From Eledone cirrhosa (Eukaryota): a DNA stretch of 64,000 bases. Position numbers and translations under genes: made by a program. A model generated the notes under the pieces. It made no database searches, was not told where the DNA came from, and was given only the letters and a program-made list of their open reading frames with translations. This document shows positions 38,470 through 49,800 of the stretch, piece after piece; within the stretch, counting starts at the first letter, position 1; each line of letters begins with the position of its first letter. The stretch spans positions 143,654,001 to 143,718,000 of the forward strand of contig OZ024741.1 in assembly GCA_964016885.1 (NCBI GenBank), read 5' to 3'.

Positions 38470-39560
38470 GCATTGAGGAGATTAATAGAGGATGTCCAAT
38501 CACACAATCTTAAGGCTGTCTTGACATTTGTAGACTTTCGAAAAGCATTCGACAGCATCCACCGAGGGCGAATGTTCCAGATCCTGAGAGAATACGATGT
38601 GCCTGAAAAGATTGTTCAAGCTATAGGTCTGATGTACGAGGGTACTCGAGCTCGGTATTGACACCGGATGGAAACACTGATTACTTTGAGATTCTCGCAG
38701 GTGTTCTCGAAGGTGACACGCTTGCACCCTTCCTATTTGCAATTGTTCTCGATTATGCAATGAGACAGGCCATTCATGGGAAGGAAGAAGAGTTGGGTTT
38801 CAAATTGGATCGAAGGAGAAGCTGTCGTCACCATCGAAAAGTAGTCATTAATACAGACTTCGCCAATGACATTGCCTTGATCACAGAGTAATTAAACCAA
38901 GCTCAAGTAGTGGTCACACGTGTTGAGGTTGAATCATGCACTACAATCAGGTTGATCCAGCTCCAGTTCTTGCGAATGATCAACAATCAAAACGGTTAAG
39001 AACTTTAAGTATCTTGGTGCATCAATGCACAGCTCACGCAAGGACTTTGAAGTTAGAAAGGCACTAGCATGGTCGGCATGCCACAAGCTACTGAAAGTGT
39101 GGAAGTCAGACCTAAACCGCAAAATCAAGGAGTGCCTCTTCCTAGCAACTGTTGAATCCGTCCTGCTTTACGGCAGTGAAATGTGGACTATTGACAAAGT
39201 GCTATGCAAGAGACTTGACGGATGTTACACGAGGATGTTGAGAATGGCTCTCAACATTTCTTGGAAACAGAAGCTGACACAAATAAGGAACTATACAGAT
39301 CACTACCACCACTCGCAAAAAAAGTTGTCTGCAGACGAATGAAATTGGCTGGGCACTGCATCCATCATCCAGAAGAGACAGCATCACAATTGTGCTCTGG
39401 AAACTGGTGGTTGGACGAAGATGCATGGGAAGACAGGCCATCTCATTCATTGATACCCTGCGGAGAGATGCCAACATTGATAACCGGCGGACTGAGAAAT
39501 GTCATGCTCGACTGGGACGATTGGAGAAAGCGTGCTGAATCTTTGCGAGAGTAAACTCGG
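38470..39560 (+). mobile_element. RTE-type LINE reverse transcriptase fragment, 5'-truncated pseudogene
   Basis: Motifs FVDFRKAFDSI, GVLEGDTLAPFLF, DFANDIAL (decayed YADD), FKYLG, ESVLLYGSE and RMKLAGHC, broken by frameshifts. Confidence 0.92.
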
Positions 39561-40904
39561 CCAAAGAAGAAGTAGTATAGTTGCTCCTATTTCTACTTGC
39601 CCATCACAAATAGTATATTTCTGAAGGATCACCAAAATTGTTCGTAAGCAGTTAGTTGTTAAAACTAGAAGTCTATCCTCCAGGAGCTCTTCATAAGGAG
39701 TCCCCAACTCGCTGTCCACTCACACATTATATAGAAGTTTTAGAAAATCATTGTTTTTGGTTTTGATAATCATATATTTAATGTCCTGTACCACATGTAA
39801 CCACATTAACAAGATATTCTTGAAAAGTATAAAACAGCACTATGACTGCTTCACATTAAAAATTCTGCAAATTTTCACAATGATCTGCTCAAAAGTAAAG
39901 ATACTACAAACAAACCCATTTTTACACATTTTCTGTTAAATCAATACAGGATGTTAAGAGTTTAACAGTTCCTAGTGTTTCATCCATTTCTTGGTCTTGG
40001 GAACTTCCCGAAAATTATTGTTTTGTTTTCTTTTTATTTTCTTTTACAGTTTTAACAGTCCACCAGCCATTCTTGAACTCCATTTGGTCCTTACTCTCAT
40101 AAGTGGATGGTGTGGTATAGTTAGAGGGGGAATTTCAGCACTGTCTACGCCTGGCACCAAACATGAAATGGTCCCCTCTGTCATCTCTGGACTAAGAGAG
40201 GGTTCTACAGGCAAAATTGACCTTGGTAGGATTTGAATACAGAGAGCTGGAACAAATACTACAAAGTATTCTATCCAACGTTCTAATGACTTGTCACTTT
40301 ACTCAATAAACCAGCTCTTCCAAAGACCACAATACCCTCCAAATCTGAAGAATTTATATTTGATAGCAAAGAGTGTTTGTTTAAGCTTTACTGCTTTGTG
40401 TTTCTTGAAACAGCCACCTTTTTGTCTGAACTGTGGGTGTTGTTTTGCTGACTCAGAGACATTATAAGTGTAGCCAAACTAAAACATCATTGAAAAAGTT
40501 AATGAAATTTTATTTTCCGTTTTCATATTTTATTTTTTACGAAAGTAAAATTAATTAAAAATCACTTGCCATATATATAAAAAAAAAATGTTTATATGAC
40601 ATATACATGCAAAAGTGTCACTCTGGGACATTCCTGTTAAAACCAAATCTAAAACTAGTCAATAAACAGAGATGAAGGATTTCTTAAATAGGCACAGGCT
40701 CTCAAATTTGGGGGAGGAATATAGTCAATTATCATCATCATTTAATGTCCATCTTCCATGCTAGCATGGGTAGGACTCATTTAATATCAACCTTAATATA
40801 TAAAATAAAGTACCAGTCACATACTGTAGTCAATATAATCAACTATATCCCTCCTCCAAAATTTGAGGCCTTGTACCTATTTAAATCCTTATCATCATCA
40901 TTAT

Positions 40905-41100
40905 TGTGAATTCGCAGTATCGGTAGAGGGTCGCACGCCATGCTTTGTAGCATAGAGTTACGTCCCTTTACGATCCGAGTTCAAATCCTGCCGAGGTTAA
41001 CTTTGCTTTTCATCCTTACGGGGTTGATAAAATAAAGTACCCGTAATGCACTGGGATAATTGCTGGCCTTGTGCCAAAAGTAGAAACAATTATTATTATT
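40905..41100 (+). mobile_element. tRNA-derived SINE, best-preserved copy of a family abundant in this window
   Basis: B-box GAGTTCAAATCC, central TTTGCTTTCATCCTTACGGGGTTGATAAAATAAAGTACC, and tail GGCCTTGTGCCAAAAGTAGAAACAAT(TAT)n. Confidence 0.8.
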
Positions 41101-41731
41101 TGTTCTGGTTCTTTATATTCTGAGTTCAAATCCCACCAAGATTAAATTTGCCTTTCATCCTTCTGGGGTTGCTATAATAAAGTACCAGTAACACGCGAGA
41201 GATCAAATTAATTGACTTTCTCCTCACTAAAAATGATTGGCCTTGTACTTAAATCATAAACAATTATTATTATATTCAATGCCATCAGACAAGAGTTGGT
41301 TGTAAAACATCTGCCATCCCCATTCACAGCAACCAATACCATCAGTAACTTTACCATCCCAACCACACAATTACCAATACTATTCCCCAGCCAATACCAC
41401 CACAATCATCTCTACCCCCACCCAATACCACAACAGTCATTTTCACCATCCCCTACTCTCCCTGTCAATGCCACACACACAACCATCTTTACCATCCCCC
41501 AGTCCAGTGCCAATACTACCACCATCTCTACCCTCCACATATAGTTGACGCCACCCCCATCTTTACCATTCCCACCTTCTTATCAGTGGTGGTGGTGGTA
41601 TCTTGCAGACAGTCTTATACACTCCTTGTCACCCATTTTTTCATTTCCACCAAAACTTGAAGGTCAAACACACACACAAGCATAAATACACAAACACATA
41701 TAAGCATTCTCAGATACACTCACATACACAC

Positions 41732-41732
<1 letters not shown>

Positions 41733-41815
<83 letters not shown>

Positions 41816-41852
41816 AATATATATATATATATATAATATATATATATATATA
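41733..41852. repeat. (TA)n microsatellite (one of many TA/CA/GA tracts)
   Basis: Directly visible. Confidence 0.95.
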
Positions 41853-42206
41853 ATATTTTCACTAACACTTAGAAGACAATCATTATTCATACTTCTATGT
41901 GTGAGAGGGTGTATATGTATGTGTATCATTATCCTCATAATTTAACGACTGTTTTTTTGTGATATATGTGTATAATTACACACACACATATATGTATATG
42001 TAAGTATCCTGGCAAAGTAAAGAGTATTGTAGAATGGGCATATGAGTGTGTTGTTGCGTCTGGCAGCAGACTTCATCCTTTGACTACATAGTTGTCTTGT
42101 CCCAACCCAACCCCAAGTGAACAACTGCACTAGTTGATATGTATAATGAGGAGGGCTGGATTTTTTTGTTTTGTTTTAGTACTTGAAGACAATATATAAT
42201 TCTAAC

Positions 42207-42490
42207 CAGGAGTGGAATTAGACCAGGGAAGAAGGTCCCTCAAATACGAAAAATCAGAATACCCCCCCCCCCCCCCCCCCTCTCCCATTTTACATATCAA
42301 AGTTAGCTTGCGCAAGTAATTGGAATTGAAAAGTTGTACATACAGGTATTAGATTAAAAAATTCTAACCATCCTAAAACTAAAAAGCCCAACTGAGGGGA
42401 CAAATAAATTGCTACAGCCGTCGCTGATGGGGGCCTCCCCTGCAGAGGCCCGGGGCAATTGTCCCCTTCCCCCCATTAAATCCGGCCATG
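42207..42490. mobile_element. hAT-type non-autonomous element (MITE) inserted into a SINE tail
   Basis: Imperfect TIRs CAGGAGTGGAATTA / TAAATCCGGCCATG, of the CAGGGCCGGATTTA type. Subterminal GGGGCAATTGTCCCC. 8-bp flanks ATTCTAAC / TTCCTAAC match at 6 of 8 positions as a TSD. Confidence 0.65.
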
Positions 42491-42652
42491 TTCCTAACAT
42501 TGGCACAAACCTAGTAATTTTGGGGAAGGGAAAAGCTTATATGAACCCTAGTATTTAGCTGATACTTTATTTTATAGATCCTACCCATTCTCTCCGGGAA
42601 GGATGAAAAGCAAAGTTGACCACAGCACGATTTTGAACTTAGAATGTAGGCA

Positions 42653-42874
42653 ATGTCTGGTCACTTCCTCTTCGCACCAGTCACTGTCGAGACCTCAGGC
42701 GTACTTGGACCCCATACTGTGCCCCTCCGCAGGAACGGAACGCCAGCAGCCCGTCTAAGGAAGGAGCCTCGCGAGGTGGGGCGGCTGTTGCAGGCGGTGT
42801 CGCTGGACATTGTCTGCAGGAATGCGTTTGCGGTCTTGTCTGCAAGGTGCAGCCCCATTACTGCTGTGCCCTAG
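42653..42874 (+). mobile_element. 3' fragment of a CRE-like non-LTR retrotransposon (restriction-like endonuclease C-terminus)
   Basis: FAPVTVETSGVLGP...EPREVGRLLQAVSLDIVCRNAFAVL resembles the CRE-clade tail FxPxxxETxGxWG...EPRxxxFLxQRxSxAxxRGNAxxxL. It is a GC-rich island in AT-rich DNA. Confidence 0.7.
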
Positions 42875-43631
42875 GCACAGGGCCCATCACCCTCCCTTCC
42901 CCATTCTTCTGTGACACCAGAGCCTCTTACCCTTCCCTTCCTTTTCCGTTTTTTATATTTTCTTATTTTGCATTCCATTCTTTCTTCTCAATCTATTTAT
43001 TTTTATTATAACATCACTTTACTAAAGAGAAGCTGGTTTATCAGGCTGTCAGTTCAACACAATATTAGGGGAGGAATGAAAAGTTGTTGTTGTCAAGAGA
43101 GAAACAACAGAACGAGACGAGAGTTAGAGAGAGACGAGAGTCTTAGTGATGAGATGAGAGAGAGAGTAGAATCTGAGAGAGAGATAGTAGCGCTAATGTT
43201 GAAGAGAGGTGGATCGTGTATGACTTTAGAATGAAAGTGATGACAACAGACTTTAAAAATAGACTTTTAAATTGAAGATTGTCAACACACATACACACAC
43301 ACTCTCTCTCTCTCTCTCTCACTGTATTTTTCTAGAGAGAGAGTGTGTGCGTGCGTGAGTGGTCAAAGAGAGGTGTATTGTTTTATGACGTCAGAATAAA
43401 AGTGATGACGACAGACTTCATAAAAAGAATTTTCACTATAATGGCAAGTTGTGAGTAGAGAGAGATAGTGTGTGTGTGTGTGTGAATGATATAAGATATA
43501 TGTAGGAGGGAAACAGGATACAAATAAAAAAGTTGGTGTTGATTGAGAGAGAGAGCGCAGAGGATAAATAGAGAGATTAAAGCGTAAACTTGACATATTT
43601 CAATATCTTTCATTAGGAAACGTTTTCTAAG

Positions 43632-43831
43632 NNNNNNNNNNNNNNNNNNNNNNNNNNNNNNNNNNNNNNNNNNNNNNNNNNNNNNNNNNNNNNNNNNNNN
43701 NNNNNNNNNNNNNNNNNNNNNNNNNNNNNNNNNNNNNNNNNNNNNNNNNNNNNNNNNNNNNNNNNNNNNNNNNNNNNNNNNNNNNNNNNNNNNNNNNNNN
43801 NNNNNNNNNNNNNNNNNNNNNNNNNNNNNNN
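43632..43831. other. Assembly gap (200 N)
   Basis: Run of N. Confidence 1.
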
Positions 43832-46800
43832 TGGTGGTGGTGTTGTTGGTGGTGTTGGTGTTGGTGGCGGTGTTGTTGGTGGTGTTGGTGTTGGTGGTGG
43901 TGTTGTTGGTGGTGTTGGTGTTGGTGGTGGTGTTGTTGTTGGTGGTGTTGGTGGTGATGTTGGTGGTGTTGGTGTTGGTGGTGGTGTTGTTAGTGGTGGT
44001 GTTGTTGGTGGTGTTGTTGGTGGTGTTGTTGGTGTTGGTGGTGGTGTTGGTGGTGGTGTTGGTGTTGTTGGTCGTGTTGGTGTTGGTGTTGGTGGTGTTG
44101 GTGTTGTTGGTGGTGTTGTTGTTGTTGTTGGTGGTGGTGGTGTTGGTGTTGGTGGTGGTGTTGTTGGTGGTGGTGTTGGTGTTGGTGGTGGTGTTGGTGT
44201 TGGTGGTGGTGGTGTTGGTGGTGGTGTTGTTGGTGTTGTTGTTGGTGGTGTTGTTGGTGGTGTTGGTGGTGGTGTTGGTGGTGTTGTTATTGATGGTGTT
44301 GTTGGTGGTGGTGTTGGTTGTGGTGTTGGTGTTGGTGTTGTTGGTCGTGTTGGTGTTGGTGGTGGTGTTGGCGGTGTTGGTGTTGGTGGTGTTGGTGGTG
44401 TTGGTGGTGTTGGTGTTGGTGGTGGTGTTGGTGGTGGTGGTGTTGTTGGTGGTGTTGGTGTTGGTGGTGGTGTTGTTGGTGGTGTTGGTGTTGGTGGTGG
44501 TGTTGTTGGTGGTGTTGGTGTTGGTGGTGGTGTTGTTGTTGGTGGTGTTGGTGGTGATGTTGGTGGTGTTGGTGTTGGTGGTGTTGTTGGTGGTGTTGGT
44601 GGTGTTGTTGGTGGTGTTGGTGGTGATGTTGGTGGTGTTGGTGTTGGTGGTGTTATTGGTGGTGTTGGTGGTGTTGTTGGTGGTGTTGGTGTTGGTGGTG
44701 TTGTTGGTGTTGGTGGTGGTGTTGGTGGTGTTGGTGTTGGTGGTGGTGTTGTTGGTGGTGTTGGTGTTGGTGGTGGTGTTGGTGGTGTTGGTGTTGGTGG
44801 TGTTGGTGGTGGTGTTGGTGGTGGTGTTGGTGTTGGTGGTGGTGTTGGTGGTGGTGGTGTTGTTGGTGGTGTTCGTGGTGGTGTTATTGGTGGTGTTGTT
44901 GGTGGTGGTGTTGGTGGTGGTGTTGGTGTTGGTGGTGGTGGTGTTGGTGTTGTTGGTGGTGTTGTTGTTGGTGTTGGTGGTGGTGGTGTTGGTGTTGGTG
45001 TTGGTGGTGGGGTTGTTGGTGGTGTTGTTGGTGGTGGTGTTGTTGGTGTTGGTGGTGATGTTGGTGTTGGTGGTGCTGTTGGTGTTGGTGGTGGTGTTGT
45101 TGGTGGTGGTGTTGTTGGTGGTGTTGTTGTTGTTGGTGGTGGTATTGGTGTTGGTGGTGGTGTTGGTGTTTGTGGTGGTGGTGGTGTTGTTGGTGTTGTT
45201 GGTGTTGGTGGTGGTGTTGGTGGTGCTGTTGTTGGTGGTGGTGTTGTTGGTGGTGTTGTTGGTGGTGGTGTTGGTGGTGTTGGTGTTGGTGGTGGTGTTG
45301 TTGGTGGTGTTGTTGGTGGTGGTGTTGGAGGTGGTGTTGTTGGTGGTGTTGGTGGTGGTGTTGGTGGTGTTGTTATTGATGGTGTTGTTGGTGGTGGTGT
45401 TGGTGGTGGTGTTGGTGTTGGTGTTGTTGGTCGTGTTGGTGTTGGTGGTGGTGTTGGCGGTGTTGGTGTTGGTGGTGTTGGTGGTGTTGGTGGTGTTGGT
45501 GTTGGTGGTGGTGTTGGTGGTGGTGGTGTTGTTGGTGGTGTTGGTGTTGGTGGCGGTGTTGTTGGTGGTGTTGGTGTTGGTGGTGGTGTTGTTGGTGGTG
45601 TTGGTGTTGGTGGTGGTGTTGTTGTTGGTGGTGTTGGTGGTGATGTTGGTGGTGTTGGTGTTGGTGGTGTTGTTGGTGGTGTTGGTGGTGTTGTTGGTGG
45701 TGTTGGTGGTGATGTTGGTGGTGTTGGTGTTGGTGGTGTTATTGGTGGTGTTGGTGGTGTTGTTGGTGGTGTTGGTGTTGGTGGTGTTGTTGGTGTTGGT
45801 GGTGGTGTTGGTGGTGTTGGTGTTGGTGGTGTTGGTGGTGGTGTTGGTGGTGGTGTTGGTGTTGGTGGTGGTGTTGGTGGTGGTGGTGTTGTTGGTGGTG
45901 TTCGTGGTGGTGTTATTGTTGGTGTTGTTGGTGGTGGTGTTGGTGGTGGTGTTGGTGTTGGTGGTGGTGGTGTTGGTGTTGTTGGTGGTGTTGTTGTTGG
46001 TGTTGGTGGTGGTGGTGTTGGTGTTGGTGTTGGTGGTGGGGTTGTTGGTGGTGTTGTTGGTGGTGGTGTTGTTGGTGTTGGTGGTGATGTTGGTGTTGGT
46101 GGTGCTGTTGGTGTTGGTGGTGGTGTTGTTGGTGGTGGTGTTGTTGGTGGTGTTGTTGTTGTTGGTGGTGGTATTGGTGTTGGTGGTGGTGTTGGTGTTT
46201 GCGGTGGTGGTGGTGTTGTTGGTGTTGTTGGTGTTGGTGGTGGTGTTGGTGGTGCTGTTGTTGGTGGTGGTGTTGTTGGTGGTGTTGTTGGTGGTGGTGT
46301 TGGTGGTGTTGGTGTTGGTGGTGGTGTTGTTGGTGGTGTTGTTGGTGGTGGTGTTGGAGGTGGTGTTGTTGGTGGTGTTGGTGTTGGTGGTGGTGTTGTT
46401 GGTTGTGTTGTTGGTGGTGGTGTTGGTGGTGGTGTTGTTGGTGGTGTTGGTGTTGGTCGTGTTGTTGGTGGTGGTGTTGTTGGTGTTGGTGGTGGTGTTG
46501 GTGTTGGTGGTGGTGGTGTTGGTGGTGGTGTTGGTGTTGTTGGTGTTGGTGGTGGTGTTGGTGGTGGTGTTGTTGGTGGTGTTGGTGTTGGTGGTGGTGT
46601 TGTTGGTGGTGTTGTTGGTGTTGGTGGTGGTATTGGTGTTGGTGGTGATGTTGGTGTTGGTGGTGGTGGTGTTGGTGGTGGTGTTGTTGGTGTTGGTGGT
46701 GGTGTTGGTGTTGGTGGTGGTGGTGTTGGCGGTGGTGTTGTTGGTGTTGGTGGTGGTGTGGTTGGTGGTGTTGTTGGTGTTGGTGGTGGTGTTGGTGTTG

Positions 46801-49800
46801 GTGGTGTTGGTGGTGTTGGTGGTGTTGTTGGTGGTGTTGGTGGTGGTGTTGGTGGTGGTGGTGGTGGTGGTGGTGGTGGTGTTGTTGGTGTTGTTGGTGG
46901 TGGTGTTGGTGGTGGTGTTGGTGGTGTTGTTGGTGGTGTTGGTGTTGGTGGTGGTGTTGTTGGTGGTGTTGTTGGTGGTGGTGTTGTTGGTGTTGGTGGT
47001 GGTGTTGTTGGTGGTGTTGGTGATGTTGGTGTTGGTGGTGGTCGTGTTGTTATTGATGGTGTTGTTGATGGTGTTGATGTTGGTGTGTGTTGTTATTGAT
47101 GGTGTTGGTGGTGGTGTTGTTATTGATGGTGTTGTTGGTGGTGTTGGTGTTGGTGTGTGTTGTTGGTGGTGGTGTTGTTGCTGGTATTGATGTTGGTGGT
47201 GGTGTTGTTATTGATGGTGTTGTTGGTGGCGCTGGTGTTTGTGTGTGTTGTTGGTGGTAGTGTTGGTGGTTATGTAGTTGTTGGTGTTGTTGGTGGTGTT
47301 ATTGGTGGTGGTGTTGTTGCTGTGTTGGTGGTAGTGTTGTTGGTGGGGTTGTTGGTGTCGGTGGTGTTATTGATAGTGTTGTTGGTGGTGGTGTTGGTGG
47401 TGGTGTTGTTATTGATGGTGTTGTTGGTGGTGTTGGTGTTGGTGTGTGGTGTTGGTGGTGGTGTTGGTGGTGATGTTGTTGGTGGTGCTGGTGTGTGTTG
47501 TTGGTGGTGGTGTTGGTGGTGGTGTTGGTGTTGGTGGTGTTGGTGTTGGTGTGTGTTGTTGGTGGTGGTGTTGGTGGTGGTGTTGTTATTGATGGTGTTG
47601 TTGGTGGTGTTGGTGTCGGTGTGTGTTTTTGGTGGTGGGGTTGGTGGTGGTGTTGTTATTGATGGTGTTGCTGGTGGTGTTTGTGTTGGTGGTGTTGGTG
47701 TTGGGGTGTGTTGTTGGTGGTGGTGTTGTTATTGATGGTGTTGCTGGTGGTGTTGGTGTTGGTGTGTGTTGTTGGTGGTGGTGTTGGTGTATGTTGTTGT
47801 TGGTATTGTTGGTGTGTGTTGATGGTGGTGGTGTTGGTGGTGGTGTTGTTATTGATGGTGTTGTTGGTGGTGGTGTTGGTGTTGGTGTGTGTGTTGTTGG
47901 TGGTGGTTTTGGTGGTGATGTTGTTGGTGGTGTTGTTGGTGGTGGTGTTGTTGGTGGTGGTGTTGGTGGTGGTGTTCTTATTGATAGTGTTGTTGGTAGT
48001 GTTGGTGGTGGTGTGTGTTGTTGGTGGTGGTGTTGGTGGTGGTGGTGTTGTTGGTGGTGGTGTTGTTGGTGGTGTTGTTGGTGTTGGTGGTGGTGTTGGT
48101 GGTGGTGTTGGTGTTGTTGGTGTTGGTGATGTTGGTGTTGTTGGTGGTGTTGTTGTTGTTGGTGGTGGTGGTGGTGTTGGTGTTGGTGGTGGTGTTGATG
48201 GTGGTGTTGTTGGTGGTGGTGTTGTTGGTGGTGGTGTTGGTGTTGGTGGTGGTGGTTGTGTTGGTGGTGGTGGTGTTGGTGGTGGTGTTGTTGGTGTTGT
48301 TGGTGGTGTTGTTGGTGGTGTTGGTGGTGGTGTTGGTGTTGGTGGTGTTGTTATTGATGGTGTTGTTGGTGGTGGTGTTGGTGGTGGTGTTGGTGTTGGT
48401 GTTGTTGGTCGTGTTGGTGTTGGTGGTGGTGTTGGTGGTGTTGGTGTTGGTGGTGTTGGTGGTGTCGGTGGTGGTGGTGTTGGTGGTGGTGTTGGTGGTG
48501 GTGGTGGTGTTGGTGGTGTTGGTGTTGGTGTTGGTGGTGTTGGTGTTGGTGGTGGTGTTGTTGGTGGTGTTGGTGTTGCTGGTGATGTTGGTGGTGTTGG
48601 TGTTGGTGGTGGTGTTGTTGTTGGTGGTGTTGGTGGTGATGTTGGTGGTGTTGGTGTTGGTGGTGTTGTTGGTGTTGGTGGTGGTGTTGGTGGTGTTGGT
48701 GTTGGTGGTGGTGTTGTTGGTGGTATTGATGTTGGTGGTGGTGTTGTTATTGATGGTGTTGTTGGTGGCGCTGGTGTTTGTGTGTGTTGTTGGTGGTAGT
48801 GTTGGTGGTGGTGTAGTTGTTGGTGTTGTTGGTGGTGTTATTGGTGGTGGTGTTGTTGCTGTGTTGGTGGTAGTGTTGTTGGTGGGGTTGTTGGTGTCGG
48901 TGGTGTTATTGATAGTGTTGTTGGTGGTGGTGTTGGTGGTGGTGTTGTTATTGATGGTGTTGTTGGTGGTGTTGGTGTTGGTGGTGGTGTTGGTGGTGAT
49001 GTTGTTGGTGGTGCTGGAGTGTGTTGTTGGTGGTGGTGTTGGTGGTGGTGTTGGTGTTGGTGGTGTTGGTGTTGGTGTGTGTTGTTGGTGGTGGTTTTGG
49101 TGGTGGTGTTGTTATTGATGGTGTTGTTGGTGGTGTTGGTGTCGGTGTGTGTTGTTGGTGGTGGGGTTGGTGGTGGTGTTGTTATTGATGGTGTTGCTGG
49201 TGGTGTTGGTGTTGGTGGTGTTGGTGTTGGTGTGTGTTGTTGGTGGTGGTGTTGTTATTGATGGTGTTGCTGGTGGTGTTGGTGTTGGTGTGTGTGTTGT
49301 TGGTGGTGGTTTTGGTGGTGATGTTGTTGGTGGTGTTGTTGGTGGTGGTGTTGTTGGTGGTGGTGTTGGTGGTGGTGTTCTTATTGATAGTGTTGTTGGT
49401 AGTGTTGGTGGTGGTGTGTGTTGTTGGTGGTGGTGTTGTTGGTGGTGGTGTTGTTGGTGGTGTTGTTGGTGTTGGTGGTGGTGTTGGTGGTGGTGTTGGT
49501 GTTGTTGGTCGTGTTGGTGTTGGTGTTGGTGGTGTTGGTGTTGTTGGTGGTGTTGTTGTTGTTGGTGGTGGTGGTGGTGTTGGTGTTGGTGGTGGTGTTG
49601 TTGGTGGTGTTGTTGGTGGTGGTGTTGTTGGTGTTGGTGGTGGTGTTGGTGTTGGTGGTGGTGTTGGTGTTGGTGGTGGTGGTGTTGGTGGTGGTGTTGT
49701 TGGTGTTGTTGGTGGTGTTGTTGGTGGTGTTGGTGGTGGTGTTGGTGTTGGTGGTGTTGTTATTGATGTTGTTGTTGGTGGTGGTGTTGGTGGTGGTGTT

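Noticed and set aside
40905-40995. tRNA gene
   Set aside because: The B-box belongs to the SINE head and no cloverleaf can be formed.
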